Part shown: piece by piece, positions 54,073 through 63,962 of the stretch
Layout: each line of letters begins with the position of its first letter
How positions within the stretch are numbered: the first letter of the stretch is position 1
Assembly: GCA_944322255.1 (NCBI GenBank)
Contig: CALUOK010000005.1
Coordinates: forward strand, 18,286-82,285
DNA length: 64,000 nucleotides
Source: Candidatus Methanomethylophilaceae archaeon
Lineage (GTDB): Archaea > Thermoplasmatota > Thermoplasmata > Methanomassiliicoccales > Methanomethylophilaceae
Reading direction: 5' to 3'
Notes under the pieces: model-generated
The model's database searches: none
The model's input: the letters and a program-made list of their open reading frames with translations, nothing else
What the model was told of the DNA's origin: nothing
Translations under genes and position numbers: made by a program

Positions 54073-55260
54073 ATGCAGATTGGTATCGTAGGAAAGCCGA
54101 ACGTCGGCAAATCCACATTCTTCGGGGCGGCCACCATGGCACCCGTGGAGATCGCCAACTATCCATTCACAACCATCGAGCCCAACAAGGGCGTCGCCTA
54201 CGTCCGCTCCCCCTGCCCCTGCAGGGCGCTCGGTGTCACATGCACCCCGCACAACTCCCTGTGCGTGGACGGCACCAGGATGATCCCCGTGGAACTCCTG
54301 GACGTCGCGGGACTGGTCCCCGACGCATGGGAGGGCAAGGGTCTGGGGAACAAGTTCCTGGACGACCTCAGGCAGGCGGACGCGCTGATCAACGTCGTGG
54401 ACGTCAGCGGGTCCACAGACATCGAGGGCAACCCCGTGGACGTCGGCACCCACGACCCCACCGAGGACATCCTGTTCCTCAGGAGGGAGATCGAGTGCTG
54501 GATGAGGGAGATCATCAAGAACGGTTTCTCCAAGATAGCCAGGCAGGCGAAGATGCAGGGCAGCAAGCCCGAGGCCATCCTGGCGGAGAGGCTCCAGGGA
54601 CTGAAGGTCACGGAGGCCCAGATAAAGGAGGCTCTCAGGGCTGTGCCCCTGCCGGACGACCCGACCAAATGGGACGACGACCTCCTGCTCCAGCTCTGCG
54701 GGGAGATCAGGAAGCAGTCCAAGCCCATGATAGCCGCCATGAACAAGGCGGATATCGCGCCCGCCGGCAACATCGAGAAGGTCGAGGCCATCAACGACGT
54801 CTGCGTGGCCACCATGGCCGAGACCGAGCTGGCCCTCAAGAAGGCCGCCGCGGGCGGGCTGGTTGAGTACACCCCCGGAGATGCCACGTTCACCATCAAG
54901 GAGGGCGCCAAGGTCAGCGACGGCCAGAGGAAGGCCCTCGAGTACATGGCCGAGAAGATGGCCGCCAACGGCGGCACCGGGATCCAGAGGTGCATCGAGG
55001 AGGCCGCGTTCAACATGCTGGACCTCATTGCGGTGTACCCGGTGGAGGACGAGAACAAGTACACCGACCACTTCGGGAGGGTCCTCCCGGACGCCTTCCT
55101 GGTCCCCCGCGGCTCCACGGCCAGGGACCTGGCCTACAGGATCCACACCGAGCTCGGAGACAAGTTCATCAGGGCGGTCAACGCCAAGACCAAGCGCACC
55201 GTCGGGGCCGACTACGAGCTCCAGGACGGCGACGTCATCAGGATCGTGGCCAACAAGTGA
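54073..55260 (+). CDS. Obg-like GTPase/ATPase with C-terminal TGS domain (YchF/DRG-related)
   Basis: G1 GKPNVGKST, G2 FTT and G3 DVAGLV. C-terminal TGS-like DGDVIRIV. Confidence 0.85.
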   Translation: MQIGIVGKPNVGKSTFFGAATMAPVEIANYPFTTIEPNKGVAYVRSPCPCRALGVTCTPHNSLCVDGTRMIPVELLDVAGLVPDAWEGKGLGNKFLDDLRQADALINVVDVSGSTDIEGNPVDVGTHDPTEDILFLRREIECWMREIIKNGFSKIARQAKMQGSKPEAILAERLQGLKVTEAQIKEALRAVPLPDDPTKWDDDLLLQLCGEIRKQSKPMIAAMNKADIAPAGNIEKVEAINDVCVATMAETELALKKAAAGGLVEYTPGDATFTIKEGAKVSDGQRKALEYMAEKMAANGGTGIQRCIEEAAFNMLDLIAVYPVEDENKYTDHFGRVLPDAFLVPRGSTARDLAYRIHTELGDKFIRAVNAKTKRTVGADYELQDGDVIRIVANK

Positions 55261-55265
55261 TCTCG

Positions 55266-57680
55266 ATGGGAACGTGGGACGTCAGACTGATCAGCGCCTC
55301 CTACGTCATGGAGGACGACCTGCCCGTCATAGAGCTGTACGGCAAGACCCGCGACAAGGAATCCATCACGATACTTGTCCGCGGGTTCAGGCCGTACCTG
55401 TTCGCCGTCGCCCCCACGGACGCCCTCGAGAAGCAGCTGGCCGAGGACCCCGAGGTCGTCTCCGCCGAAAGGGACACCCTCCTGTACAAGGCCAGGCAGA
55501 CCGAGGTCCTCAAGGTCACCATAAAGAGCCCCTGGAAGGTCTCCGAGTACCGCAACAGGTTCAAGAGGATGGGCTTCGACGTCCTCGCCTCCGACATCCC
55601 GCTGCATCACCGCTACTTCTACGACACTGACATGGGCGCGTGCATCCGCGTCACCGGGGCCCCCTCCGAGGGGTGCGGCTGCACCGACCTTACCGTGGAC
55701 ATGGAGTCCTTCGAGAACATAGACTCCTTCGACCCCGGCCTGAGGATACTGTCCTTCGACATCGAGAACAGCGTGGAGCACGAGTTCATCTACTGCATCT
55801 GCGCGGTGGTGGGGGAGGACGACTCGATCAGGAAGTGCGAGCCCATCCACGGCAAGGAGAAGGACATCATCTCGGAGTTCGCCGAGCTCATACGCCGCGA
55901 GGACCCGGACGTGATCACCGGGTACAACATCGACAACTACGACATCAGGAAGATCCAGGAGAGGGCCAAGGCCAACAGGATGAAGGACGCCCTGCCCTGG
56001 GGCCGCGACGGCGGGCAGCCCCGCATCGTCAGCGAGAGGTTCTGGAGGGTGAAGGGCAGGCTCATATGCGACGCATGGTGGGCGGTCAGGAAGGAGCTGC
56101 GTCCTAAGCAGGAGACCCTGAACGCGGTGTCCATGCAGCTGCTGGGCGAGACCAAGATGGACGTGGACCCCAAGCACATGGACTCCGAGTGGAACAGCAA
56201 CAGGGAGAAGGTCCTGGAATACTGCACCAAGGACGCCGAGCTGGCGCTGAGGATCCTCCTGGAGGTGGGCACACTCAGGAAGGGCATGGACCTGGCGACC
56301 GTGTCCAAACTCACGGTGGAGGACGTGCTCACGTCCGGGTCCTCCCAGCTGGCGGACTCCCTGCTGATCCGCGCCGCCGACCGCGGGAAGATCGCCGTCC
56401 CCAACATGGGGCGGGCCGGCGCGTCCGACCAGATCGAGGGCGGCTACGTGCACGACATGGTGCCCGGACTGTACCACTGGGTCTGCGTGCTGGACTTCAA
56501 GTCCATGTACCCCTCGCTGATAATCGCCAAGAACATCTGCTTCACCACCCTCTCCCCGGACGGGGAGATCGTCGCGCCCTCCGGCGCCAGGTTCATGTCC
56601 AAGGAGAGGCGCGTGGGGCTGCTCCCCACGATCCTGACCAACCTGATGGACCAGAGGGACAGCATCAAGAGGCTGATGAAGAAGACCACCGACCCCCACG
56701 AGCATCAGTACCTGGACGGGCTGCAGGCCGCGGTCAAGGTGCTGATGAACACGTTCTACGGGGTGTTCGCATCGTCGTTCTACAGGTTCACCGACAAGAG
56801 CATCGGCGCCGCCATCACATCCTTCGCCAGGGCCAACGTGAAGGGGATCATCGAGGAGATCGAGTCCGAGTGGATCCATGCGATCTACTCGGACACCGAC
56901 TCCGTGTTCATGCAGTCCCCCGCCCACGACCTGGAGGGCTCCGTGGAGTTCGGGACCAGGATGGCCGAGAAGTACTCCCGCGACGGGGGGACCCTGGAGT
57001 TCGAGAAGATCCTCGAGCCCATGTTCACCCACGGCATGAAGAAGAGGTACGTCGGGAGGATCGTCTGGCCGGAGGCCCAGGACGAGCTGCTGGTCAGGGG
57101 CTACGAGATACGCCGCTCCGACTCCTTCGACCTTCAGAGCAGGCTGCTGACCGACCTATTCGACAAGATCCTGGACGAGAAGAACGACGAGGCCCTTGCC
57201 CTGGTCAAATCCACGATCCAGCAGGTGCTCTCCGGGAAGGTCGACCCCTCCGAGCTCGTCATATCCCGCACGTGCAAGGGTCTCGACGCGTACGAGAACC
57301 CCGACAGGATGGCCAACGTGCAGGCCGCCAGGAAGCTCATCGAGATGGGGTACGAGTTCATCCCCGGCATGAAGGTCTCGTGGATCGTCACCGACGGGAA
57401 CTCCGCGCCACAGAAGGTGGAACCCTACGTCAGCGGCACGCCGTTCACCGCCAAACCGGACTACAGGTACTACGCCGAACGCCTGGCCCAGATGGCGTCC
57501 AGGATCACGGAGGTCTTCGGCTGGAACGAGAAGGACCTGATGATGGGCAGCCAGCAGGCCACGCTGTTCAGCGGCGCGTTCGAATCGCCGGACAGGGCTC
57601 CCGCCAAAGAGGGGAGGTCCGAGGAGAAGGCCCCCGCCAAGCCGAAGCCCAGGATGAAGAGCCTGGACGAGTTCTTCTGA
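55266..57680 (+). CDS. polB: DNA polymerase, family B
   Basis: Start at ATG 55266 within track ORF 54990..57680; 804 aa. Exo I SFDIEN, motif A DFKSMYPS, motif B KVLMNTFYG and motif C YSDTDS. No intein-sized insertion. Confidence 0.95.
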   Translation: MGTWDVRLISASYVMEDDLPVIELYGKTRDKESITILVRGFRPYLFAVAPTDALEKQLAEDPEVVSAERDTLLYKARQTEVLKVTIKSPWKVSEYRNRFKRMGFDVLASDIPLHHRYFYDTDMGACIRVTGAPSEGCGCTDLTVDMESFENIDSFDPGLRILSFDIENSVEHEFIYCICAVVGEDDSIRKCEPIHGKEKDIISEFAELIRREDPDVITGYNIDNYDIRKIQERAKANRMKDALPWGRDGGQPRIVSERFWRVKGRLICDAWWAVRKELRPKQETLNAVSMQLLGETKMDVDPKHMDSEWNSNREKVLEYCTKDAELALRILLEVGTLRKGMDLATVSKLTVEDVLTSGSSQLADSLLIRAADRGKIAVPNMGRAGASDQIEGGYVHDMVPGLYHWVCVLDFKSMYPSLIIAKNICFTTLSPDGEIVAPSGARFMSKERRVGLLPTILTNLMDQRDSIKRLMKKTTDPHEHQYLDGLQAAVKVLMNTFYGVFASSFYRFTDKSIGAAITSFARANVKGIIEEIESEWIHAIYSDTDSVFMQSPAHDLEGSVEFGTRMAEKYSRDGGTLEFEKILEPMFTHGMKKRYVGRIVWPEAQDELLVRGYEIRRSDSFDLQSRLLTDLFDKILDEKNDEALALVKSTIQQVLSGKVDPSELVISRTCKGLDAYENPDRMANVQAARKLIEMGYEFIPGMKVSWIVTDGNSAPQKVEPYVSGTPFTAKPDYRYYAERLAQMASRITEVFGWNEKDLMMGSQQATLFSGAFESPDRAPAKEGRSEEKAPAKPKPRMKSLDEFF

Positions 57681-57781
57681 CGGGTCTCCGTCCCCTTTGT
57701 CTGATGTTGGAGCCAACTCCAAGAAGATGGTGGGTCGGCAACGTGTAAATACGGGACGGCTCTAGCCGGGGCCGTCAGGAG

Positions 57782-58978
57782 ATGTTCTGGATGTCGGTCA
57801 AGCAATGGCTGCCGCTGGTGGCCCTGGTCATCTGCGTTTTCATCGTCAACATGTCGGAGTTCGTTCCCATCGGACTCCTGACCGACATAGCCTCGGACTT
57901 CTCCATATCGGAGTCCAGCGCGGGGATGCTAATCTCCATGTACGCCTGGGCGGTGGCGATCCTCTCCCTGCCGATCATGCTGGTCCTCAGGAAGATGGAG
58001 TTCCGCAGGATGCTCCTGATGTGCATAGCGCTGTTCGTGGTGTTCCAGGTCATGTCCGGGATCTCCAACAGCTACTGGATGCTCATGGTCTCCCGTATCG
58101 GCGTCGCCGTGGCCCATTCCATATTCTGGTCCATCGCCACGCCCCTGGCGGTCCGCATCGTGCCGGCCCACCTGCAGAAGCTCGCCATCAGCGCGGTGGC
58201 CACTGGGACGTCCGTCGCCATGATCGTGGGCCTGCCGCTGGGGAGGGTCATCGGGCTCGCGCTGGGATGGAGGATGACCTTCGTGGTCATCGCCGCGGTC
58301 TCCATCATGGCGCTGATCCTCCTGGTGTTCGTTTTCCCGAAGCTGGAGAACCCCGGCACCTTCACGCTGAGGAAGCTCCCGGACCTGTTCCGCAACAGGG
58401 TCCTCGTCGGGATATACGTCATGCTCGCCATCTACGTCACCGGATACTACACCGGCTACAGCTACATCGAGCCGTTCATGTACCAGGTAGCCGGCATGTC
58501 CGACATCATGGTCACCGTGGTGCTGACGGTGTTCGGACTGGCGGGGATCGTGGGGAGCATCCTGTTCACCAAGTTCTACGACAGGACCAGGTTCAGGTTC
58601 ATGATGATGGCCCTGCTGGGCGCGGCCGCGTGCCTCCTCCTGCTCAGGCCGTCGGTCGTGTCGCTGGCCACGGTCATCCTGGTGTGCGCCTTCTGGGGTC
58701 TGTTCGCCACCTCGTTCAACGTCACGTTCCAGAACGAGGCCCTTCGCGTATCCCCCTCCGACGCCAGCGCCATATCGATGGCCCTGTTCTCCGGGATCTT
58801 CAACGTGGGGATCGCCATGGGCTCCATCATCGGAGGATGGATCACCGACGGCCCGGGAGTGGGCGACATCGGCTACGTCGGCGCGGCGTTCGTCATCGTC
58901 GCCACGCTGATCACGGCGCTATACATCATCCCGAGGATGAGGGCCCGCGAATCGCAGAGAGCGGGGACCGACGCCTGA
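57782..58978 (+). CDS. MFS transporter (12-TM, sugar/drug efflux SotB/YdeA-like)
   Basis: 398 aa with an MFS 12-helix pattern (LRKMEFRRMLL loop, GLALGWRMTF). Confidence 0.8.
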   Translation: MFWMSVKQWLPLVALVICVFIVNMSEFVPIGLLTDIASDFSISESSAGMLISMYAWAVAILSLPIMLVLRKMEFRRMLLMCIALFVVFQVMSGISNSYWMLMVSRIGVAVAHSIFWSIATPLAVRIVPAHLQKLAISAVATGTSVAMIVGLPLGRVIGLALGWRMTFVVIAAVSIMALILLVFVFPKLENPGTFTLRKLPDLFRNRVLVGIYVMLAIYVTGYYTGYSYIEPFMYQVAGMSDIMVTVVLTVFGLAGIVGSILFTKFYDRTRFRFMMMALLGAAACLLLLRPSVVSLATVILVCAFWGLFATSFNVTFQNEALRVSPSDASAISMALFSGIFNVGIAMGSIIGGWITDGPGVGDIGYVGAAFVIVATLITALYIIPRMRARESQRAGTDA

Positions 58979-59094
58979 CCGCGTTCCGCGGGGCAACAGG
59001 GTTTATATACGGGCCCACCATGCACGGTCTTGCGCATCGCTTAGACGCGCGAACGGAAATGTGCCCAATGGGTGAATCCGTAAAGGTGATACAA

Positions 59095-59718
59095 ATGAGC
59101 GAAGAGACTCAGGAGACACGCCCGGTCAACGGGAAGAGCATGTACAGCTACATCGCCGACGCTTGGAACGTACCCTCCAAATCCTACGTGAAGGAGCTCA
59201 ACTACGAGCGCAGGATCCAGTGGAGGAAGGAGGAGAACTTCATCCGTGTCGACAAGCCCACCAGGCTCGACAGGGCCAGGGCTCTCGGATACAAGGCCAA
59301 GCAGGGCTACGTCATCGTCAGGGCGAGGGTCAGGAAGGGATCCTTCCAGAAGAGGGCCATCGTCACCGGTAGGAGGGCCAAGAGGAAGGGAATCAACCAG
59401 ATCACAGTCGGTAAGTCCCTCCAGAGGATGGCCGAGGAGAGGACCGCCAAGAGGTACCCCAACCTCGAGGTCCTGAACTCCTACTGGGTCGGAGCCGACG
59501 GACAGCAGGAGTGGTACGAGGTCATCCTCGTGGACCCCGCGCACCCCGTCATCAAGGCCGACCCCAAGATCAACTGGATCTGCGATGACACTCACAAGAA
59601 CCGCGTCTACCGCGGTAAGACCTCTGCCGGACAGAAGGGCCGTGGAATGAGGCACACCGGAAAGGGTGCCGAGAAGGCCAGGCCTTCCGTCAGGGCCAAC
59701 CAGAGAAGGATCAAGTGA
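59095..59718 (+). CDS. rpl15e: 50S ribosomal protein L15e
   Basis: SMYSYIADAWN ... GYVIVRARVRKG ... full L15e pattern in the tail of track ORF 57805..59718. ATG 59095 has GGTGAT 5 nt upstream; ATG 59140 would give the canonical N-terminus. Confidence 0.9.
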   Translation: MSEETQETRPVNGKSMYSYIADAWNVPSKSYVKELNYERRIQWRKEENFIRVDKPTRLDRARALGYKAKQGYVIVRARVRKGSFQKRAIVTGRRAKRKGINQITVGKSLQRMAEERTAKRYPNLEVLNSYWVGADGQQEWYEVILVDPAHPVIKADPKINWICDDTHKNRVYRGKTSAGQKGRGMRHTGKGAEKARPSVRANQRRIK

Positions 59719-59742
59719 GATTCCTGTCATGAAAACCCCTTA

Positions 59743-59769
59743 CCGTCCCCTCGGGGGCGGGACCCTTTT
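59743..59769 (+). terminator. Hairpin plus TTTT after rpl15e
   Basis: CCGTCCC-CTC-GGGGCGG stem (one G-U pair) followed by GACCCTTTT. Confidence 0.5.
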
Positions 59770-59851
59770 ATACATCACCGATTCGCACCGATCCCCTACG
59801 CCCAGAGGCTCCGCTGGAGCGGTATACGGACTGAAGAGGACGGGTGCGCCG

Positions 59852-60688
59852 TCAAAGACCCGATGTTATGATCCCGGCGAGCTCTGCGACCTCGTCGTCA
59901 CCCATGCCGATGGTGGGGAAGTATACCGGCACGTCGTAGGCGGTTACGTCCACGGAATCCAGCTCGTCGAGGGATGTGCCGAGCACGTATCCCAGGGCCT
60001 GGGGGTTGCCGTCCCCGACCTTCAGGAGAGGGTCGTACCTGCGGAGGTGGGAGATTAGGGACTCGTCGCCGTTGGCGATGACCCTGCATCCGCGCTTCAT
60101 CATCAGCCAGGCCGCGACCATCCCGCGCTCGTCGTCCACCCTGGCGATGACCTTGCCCTGGCTGCCGACGGGGAGGCCCGCATGGCAGCGGATGTACTCG
60201 CCGAAGACGAAGGCCCTGTTCTCGCGGACCTCCACATAGAAAACGACGTCCGGATCGGTGAGGTCGACCCTGACCCCCCTGTCCTCGTTGGCGATGAAGA
60301 TCGCAGAACCGGCCTCCCTGCCGACGTCCATGCTGGTGTACCCCTGGGATCCCTCCCTGCGGGCCTTCACCGCGAAGCTCTGCCCCTCGGAGATCCTGGA
60401 CCTGGAGTACTCGGCGGCCTTGGCGCATATGTCCTCCATCCTGGACGAGGCGCACTCCTCCGCCACGGAGATGGACCCGACCCCGAACACCCTGCGGACA
60501 GACGCGACCGCCGCGTCGGGATCCGTGGCCTCGATGTAGTACCTGGCGCCGTTCTTGGTCACCAGGGCCTCGACGCCGTCCTCCATGAGCATGGAGAGGA
60601 TGTTGTCCTTCAGCTGGTTCTCGAACCTTCTGCGGACGGGGGCGCTCTTCAGGCCTATCTCTGAGTATCTGACTAGGAGGATGGACAC
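59852..60688 (-). CDS. ThiI-like THUMP-domain protein with degenerate PP-loop and short C-terminus
   Basis: 278 aa with a GTG start. N-terminal ILLVRYSEIGLKS and a THUMP region as in ThiI. Where ThiI has LLSGGxDSPVAAWLMMKRG, this protein has ARVDDERGMVAAWLMMKRG. Confidence 0.75.
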   Translation of the reverse strand: MSILLVRYSEIGLKSAPVRRRFENQLKDNILSMLMEDGVEALVTKNGARYYIEATDPDAAVASVRRVFGVGSISVAEECASSRMEDICAKAAEYSRSRISEGQSFAVKARREGSQGYTSMDVGREAGSAIFIANEDRGVRVDLTDPDVVFYVEVRENRAFVFGEYIRCHAGLPVGSQGKVIARVDDERGMVAAWLMMKRGCRVIANGDESLISHLRRYDPLLKVGDGNPQALGYVLGTSLDELDSVDVTAYDVPVYFPTIGMGDDEVAELAGIITSGL

Positions 60689-60730
60689 GCTTCCGCCATC
60701 CCCTAGTCAGTTAAAAGAGTGATGGGTGCC

Positions 60731-62050
60731 TCAGAGGGCGGCGACCACCACGATCAGGTAGAGCAGGGATATCACGGCCAGGGCATAGATGATCGGACTG
60801 ACCTCCTTCCAGCGGTTCGCGCCTATCATGCACACGCTGTAGAAGATGATGCCGAACACGATGCCGTCGGTGATGGAGTAGGTCAGGATCATCATGATGA
60901 TCGTGGCCAGGACCGCCACGGCCACCGGCCAGTCGTCCCACTTGACCCCCTTGAGCTGCGTGATCATCGCAGCCCCGACTATTAGCATGGCGCCGACCGT
61001 GCAGCTGTAGTCCACCACCTGGAACACGGGGCCGACGAACAGGGCCACCGCGAACAGCGCCGCCACGGTGAGTGAGGCCAGTCCGGTCCTCGCGCCTGCC
61101 TCGATACCGACCGTGGACTCGGCGAAGGAGCCTGTGGGGGTGGCTCCGACGATACCGCTGATCACTGACGTGGCGGAATCGGCTATCATGGCCTTCTCGC
61201 ACTGCACGTTCCCGTCCTCGTCGATGATGCCTGCCCTCTCCCCTGTGGCCATCAGGGTGCCGGTGCTGTCGAAGAACTGGACGAAGGTCAGGGATATCAC
61301 GACCATCAGGAACTCCACGCTCAGGATGTCCGATGTGAACCCGTCCACGAACGCGCCGACCTCCGGCATGACCGGCAGCGAGACCAGAGAGTCCGGGACG
61401 GCGATGATCCCGAAGACCATCCCGACCACGGCGGTGACGATCATCCCGAAGAATATGGCCCCCGTGACCTTCCTGGCGTACAGGAACAGCGTCAGCAGGA
61501 TGCAGAACAGCGCCAGGATGACCGGCGGGCTGGAGAACTCCCCGAGCGCCACCAGGGTCGAGTCGGAGTTCACGATTATGCCCGCGTTCTGCAGGCCGAT
61601 GAACACGATGAAGCACCCGATCCCGGCGGTTATGCCGAACCTCAGGCTCGGAGGTATCTGGTCGAGGACCTTCTTCCTCACGCCGCTGACGGCGATCAGG
61701 AAGAATATCACTCCGGATATCAGGACGGCCACCAGGGCCTCCTGCCATGTGTACTGCAGACCTATGATGATGGTGTATGTGAAGAAGGCGTTGACACCCA
61801 TCAGCGGGGCCTGTGCGACAGGGTACCTGGCGTACAGGGCCATCAGAAGGGTACCGATGATGGACATGACGATGGTCGCGGTGTAGCACGCGGACTGGTC
61901 CATCCCCGCGTCGGCCATCATCGAGGAGTTCACGACGATGATGTACGCCATGGCGAGGAAGATCAGGACTCCGCCCTTGACCTCCGTCCTTATGTCCGAG
62001 CCTCTCTTGGTGATCTCGAAGAAACGGTCCAGGGCTCCGGCAGCATCCAT
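60731..62050 (-). CDS. NCS2 family purine permease (AzgA/PbuG-like adenine/guanine/hypoxanthine)
   Basis: FEITKRGSDIRTEVKGGVLIFLAMAYII start and the AzgA-type pattern. Start set to ATG 62050; the track starts at GTG 62062. Confidence 0.85.
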   Translation of the reverse strand: MDAAGALDRFFEITKRGSDIRTEVKGGVLIFLAMAYIIVVNSSMMADAGMDQSACYTATIVMSIIGTLLMALYARYPVAQAPLMGVNAFFTYTIIIGLQYTWQEALVAVLISGVIFFLIAVSGVRKKVLDQIPPSLRFGITAGIGCFIVFIGLQNAGIIVNSDSTLVALGEFSSPPVILALFCILLTLFLYARKVTGAIFFGMIVTAVVGMVFGIIAVPDSLVSLPVMPEVGAFVDGFTSDILSVEFLMVVISLTFVQFFDSTGTLMATGERAGIIDEDGNVQCEKAMIADSATSVISGIVGATPTGSFAESTVGIEAGARTGLASLTVAALFAVALFVGPVFQVVDYSCTVGAMLIVGAAMITQLKGVKWDDWPVAVAVLATIIMMILTYSITDGIVFGIIFYSVCMIGANRWKEVSPIIYALAVISLLYLIVVVAAL

Positions 62051-62125
62051 GGACTCGAACACGTAGTGCCGCCTTTTAAGCGGTTCTCCGACAGCCCTAT
62101 ATCCGGATTCCCGATACCGCCTCTC

Positions 62126-63004
62126 ATGGAGCTAGCCATCATCATGATAGGCCTGGTGGTGCTCGGACTGTGCTCCGGGATCTTCGGAGCCCTGTTCGGC
62201 CTCGGAGGGGGCGTCATATTCGTCCCAATCCTGCTTCTGTCCGGCATCGCGGCGACCGCCACGCAGGCGGTGGCCATGAGCCTGGTGGGCATCATAGCCG
62301 GGTCCGTGGGCGCGTCCACGGTGCTGATAGCCAAGGGCCTCTCCAACGTCCGTCTGGGACTCCTGCTGGAGATCACCACCTGCATAGGCGCGATAATAGG
62401 CGCGATCATCGCCACATACCTGGAATCGTGGATGCTTACCGTCCTGTTCTCGGCCATCATGATATACAGCGGATTCCGCATGATCGTCAACCCCGAGAGG
62501 ACCGTGGAGCCCGCCACCGGCGAGGACTCCCCGATGACCTTCAGGTACAAGGACGAGTCCGTTGGGGAGGATGTGAGGTACGAGGTCCAGAACGTCAGGA
62601 GCGGCATGGGCATATGCACCTTCGCCGGAGCCATCTCGTCGATGACAGGCGTGGGCGGAGGTGCCATCAAGGTCCCGCTCATGAACATCCACATGCACAT
62701 CCCCATGAAGGCCGCCAGCTCCACGAGCAGCTTCATGATCGGCGTCACCGCGTTCTCCGGCGCCATCACCTACTTCTTCGCCGGGGTGTTCACCGACTCC
62801 GCCGTCTCCCCGCTTCTGACCGGGGCCGGACTGGACTCCCTGCTCCCCTGCGCCGCGTGCCTGGCGTTCGGAGCCTTCTGCGGATCCCTCGCCGGCGCCC
62901 GCCTGGCCAGGAGGATCCCCTCCAGCCACCTCAGGAAGTACTTCTCCGTGGTGCTCTTCGTGATGGCCGTGCTGGTCCTGCTTCAGACCGGAGGTGTGAT
63001 ATGA
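62126..63004 (+). CDS. TauE/SafE (DUF81) family anion exporter
   Basis: Two GxxGGG-type repeats (GALFGLGGGVIFVP and MTGVGGGAIKVP). Start set to ATG 62126; the track starts at GTG 62066. Confidence 0.8.
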   Translation: MELAIIMIGLVVLGLCSGIFGALFGLGGGVIFVPILLLSGIAATATQAVAMSLVGIIAGSVGASTVLIAKGLSNVRLGLLLEITTCIGAIIGAIIATYLESWMLTVLFSAIMIYSGFRMIVNPERTVEPATGEDSPMTFRYKDESVGEDVRYEVQNVRSGMGICTFAGAISSMTGVGGGAIKVPLMNIHMHIPMKAASSTSSFMIGVTAFSGAITYFFAGVFTDSAVSPLLTGAGLDSLLPCAACLAFGAFCGSLAGARLARRIPSSHLRKYFSVVLFVMAVLVLLQTGGVI

Positions 63005-63276
63005 CCGTCCCGGACCTGAACAGGACGACGGCCCTGACCCTCAGGGTCGGGATCGTCATAGGCATGGTCCTGATGCTCGGCGGACTCTGCTGGTACATCG
63101 CGGACGGCACGGACACCCTGATCTACATAGGCCTGCTGGTGATGATCGTCTCCCCGTTCCTGGGCGTGATCGCATCGTTCGCGGTGCTCATCCTCGAGAA
63201 AGATTGGAGATGGGCCGCCGTCGCGGCGGTGCTGTTCGTGGTCACCGCCATAGGCATAGTGATCAGCATCGAGTGA
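63001..63276 (+). CDS. DUF1634 small membrane protein
   Basis: 91 aa with three TM helices. ATGA overlap with the TauE stop, which is the usual TauE-DUF1634 pairing. Lies inside track ORF 62170..63276. Confidence 0.7.
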   Translation: MTVPDLNRTTALTLRVGIVIGMVLMLGGLCWYIADGTDTLIYIGLLVMIVSPFLGVIASFAVLILEKDWRWAAVAAVLFVVTAIGIVISIE

Positions 63277-63320
63277 CGCACCATTATGTCCCTGCAAGAC
63301 CATATGGTCACGGGACGCGG

Positions 63321-63947
63321 ATGAACAGCTACACGCTCATAGACGAGAACAACTGGAAGAGAAGGGAGCACTGCGCCATATTCCGGCACTACGTCGAGCC
63401 GTCGTACTGCATGACGGTGGACCTGGATGTGACGAACTTCCTGAGGACCGTGCGCGACGAGGGGTACTCCTTCACCATGTCCTTCATCTGGGTGGTCTCC
63501 AAGTGCGCCAACGAGATCGAGGAGTTCCGCTACCGCTTCCTCAGCGAGAGGGTGGTCCTGTTCGACAGGATCGACACCTACTTCGCCTACATGGACGAGG
63601 GGGACGACCTGTTCAAGATGGTCACCGTCCCGTTCAGGGACTCCATGAGGGAGTACGTCTCCGAGGCCGTGAGGACGGCGAAGAGCCAGAAGGCTTACTT
63701 CCCCGCTCCTCCGGGGATTGACGTGTTCAGCTTCGCACCCATACCGTGGGTGTCCTACAGCCACATCTCCCACACCAACCCCGGGCACAGGAACAACGTG
63801 ACGCCCATGTTCGACTGGGGAAGGTACACCGAGAAGGACGGGCGCGTGACGATGCCGTTCTCGGTGCAGGTGCATCACTCCTTCGTGGACGGGGTCCATG
63901 TGGGAAGGCTGATCGAGAACGTCCAGAACTACATGGACGAGTACTGA
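63321..63947 (+). CDS. cat: Chloramphenicol O-acetyltransferase family (type A CAT)
   Basis: 208 aa from ATG 63321. C-terminal catalytic motif VQVHHSFVDGVHVGR (compare HHAVCDGFH) and the WKRREH..F N-terminal pattern. Confidence 0.85.
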   Translation: MNSYTLIDENNWKRREHCAIFRHYVEPSYCMTVDLDVTNFLRTVRDEGYSFTMSFIWVVSKCANEIEEFRYRFLSERVVLFDRIDTYFAYMDEGDDLFKMVTVPFRDSMREYVSEAVRTAKSQKAYFPAPPGIDVFSFAPIPWVSYSHISHTNPGHRNNVTPMFDWGRYTEKDGRVTMPFSVQVHHSFVDGVHVGRLIENVQNYMDEY

Positions 63948-63962
63948 ACTGAGATTGAAAAG

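Noticed and set aside
59059-59140. An unusual N-terminal extension of ribosomal protein L15e as a finding
   Set aside because: It depends only on the choice of start (59095 with a GGTGAT box, or 59140 giving the canonical MYSYI start). It cannot be resolved without data and has low biological interest.
6146-62126. N-terminal extensions in the ORF track starting at TTG/GTG (6146, 7913, 11362, 15090, 32237, 33661, 43467, 47866, 62062, 62066)
   Set aside because: In each case a nearby downstream ATG gives an N-terminus matching the paralogue or the family-typical start. Several also have a TATA or SD-like box at the right distance. GTG starts were kept only where no ATG alternative fits (30137, 38335, 60688).
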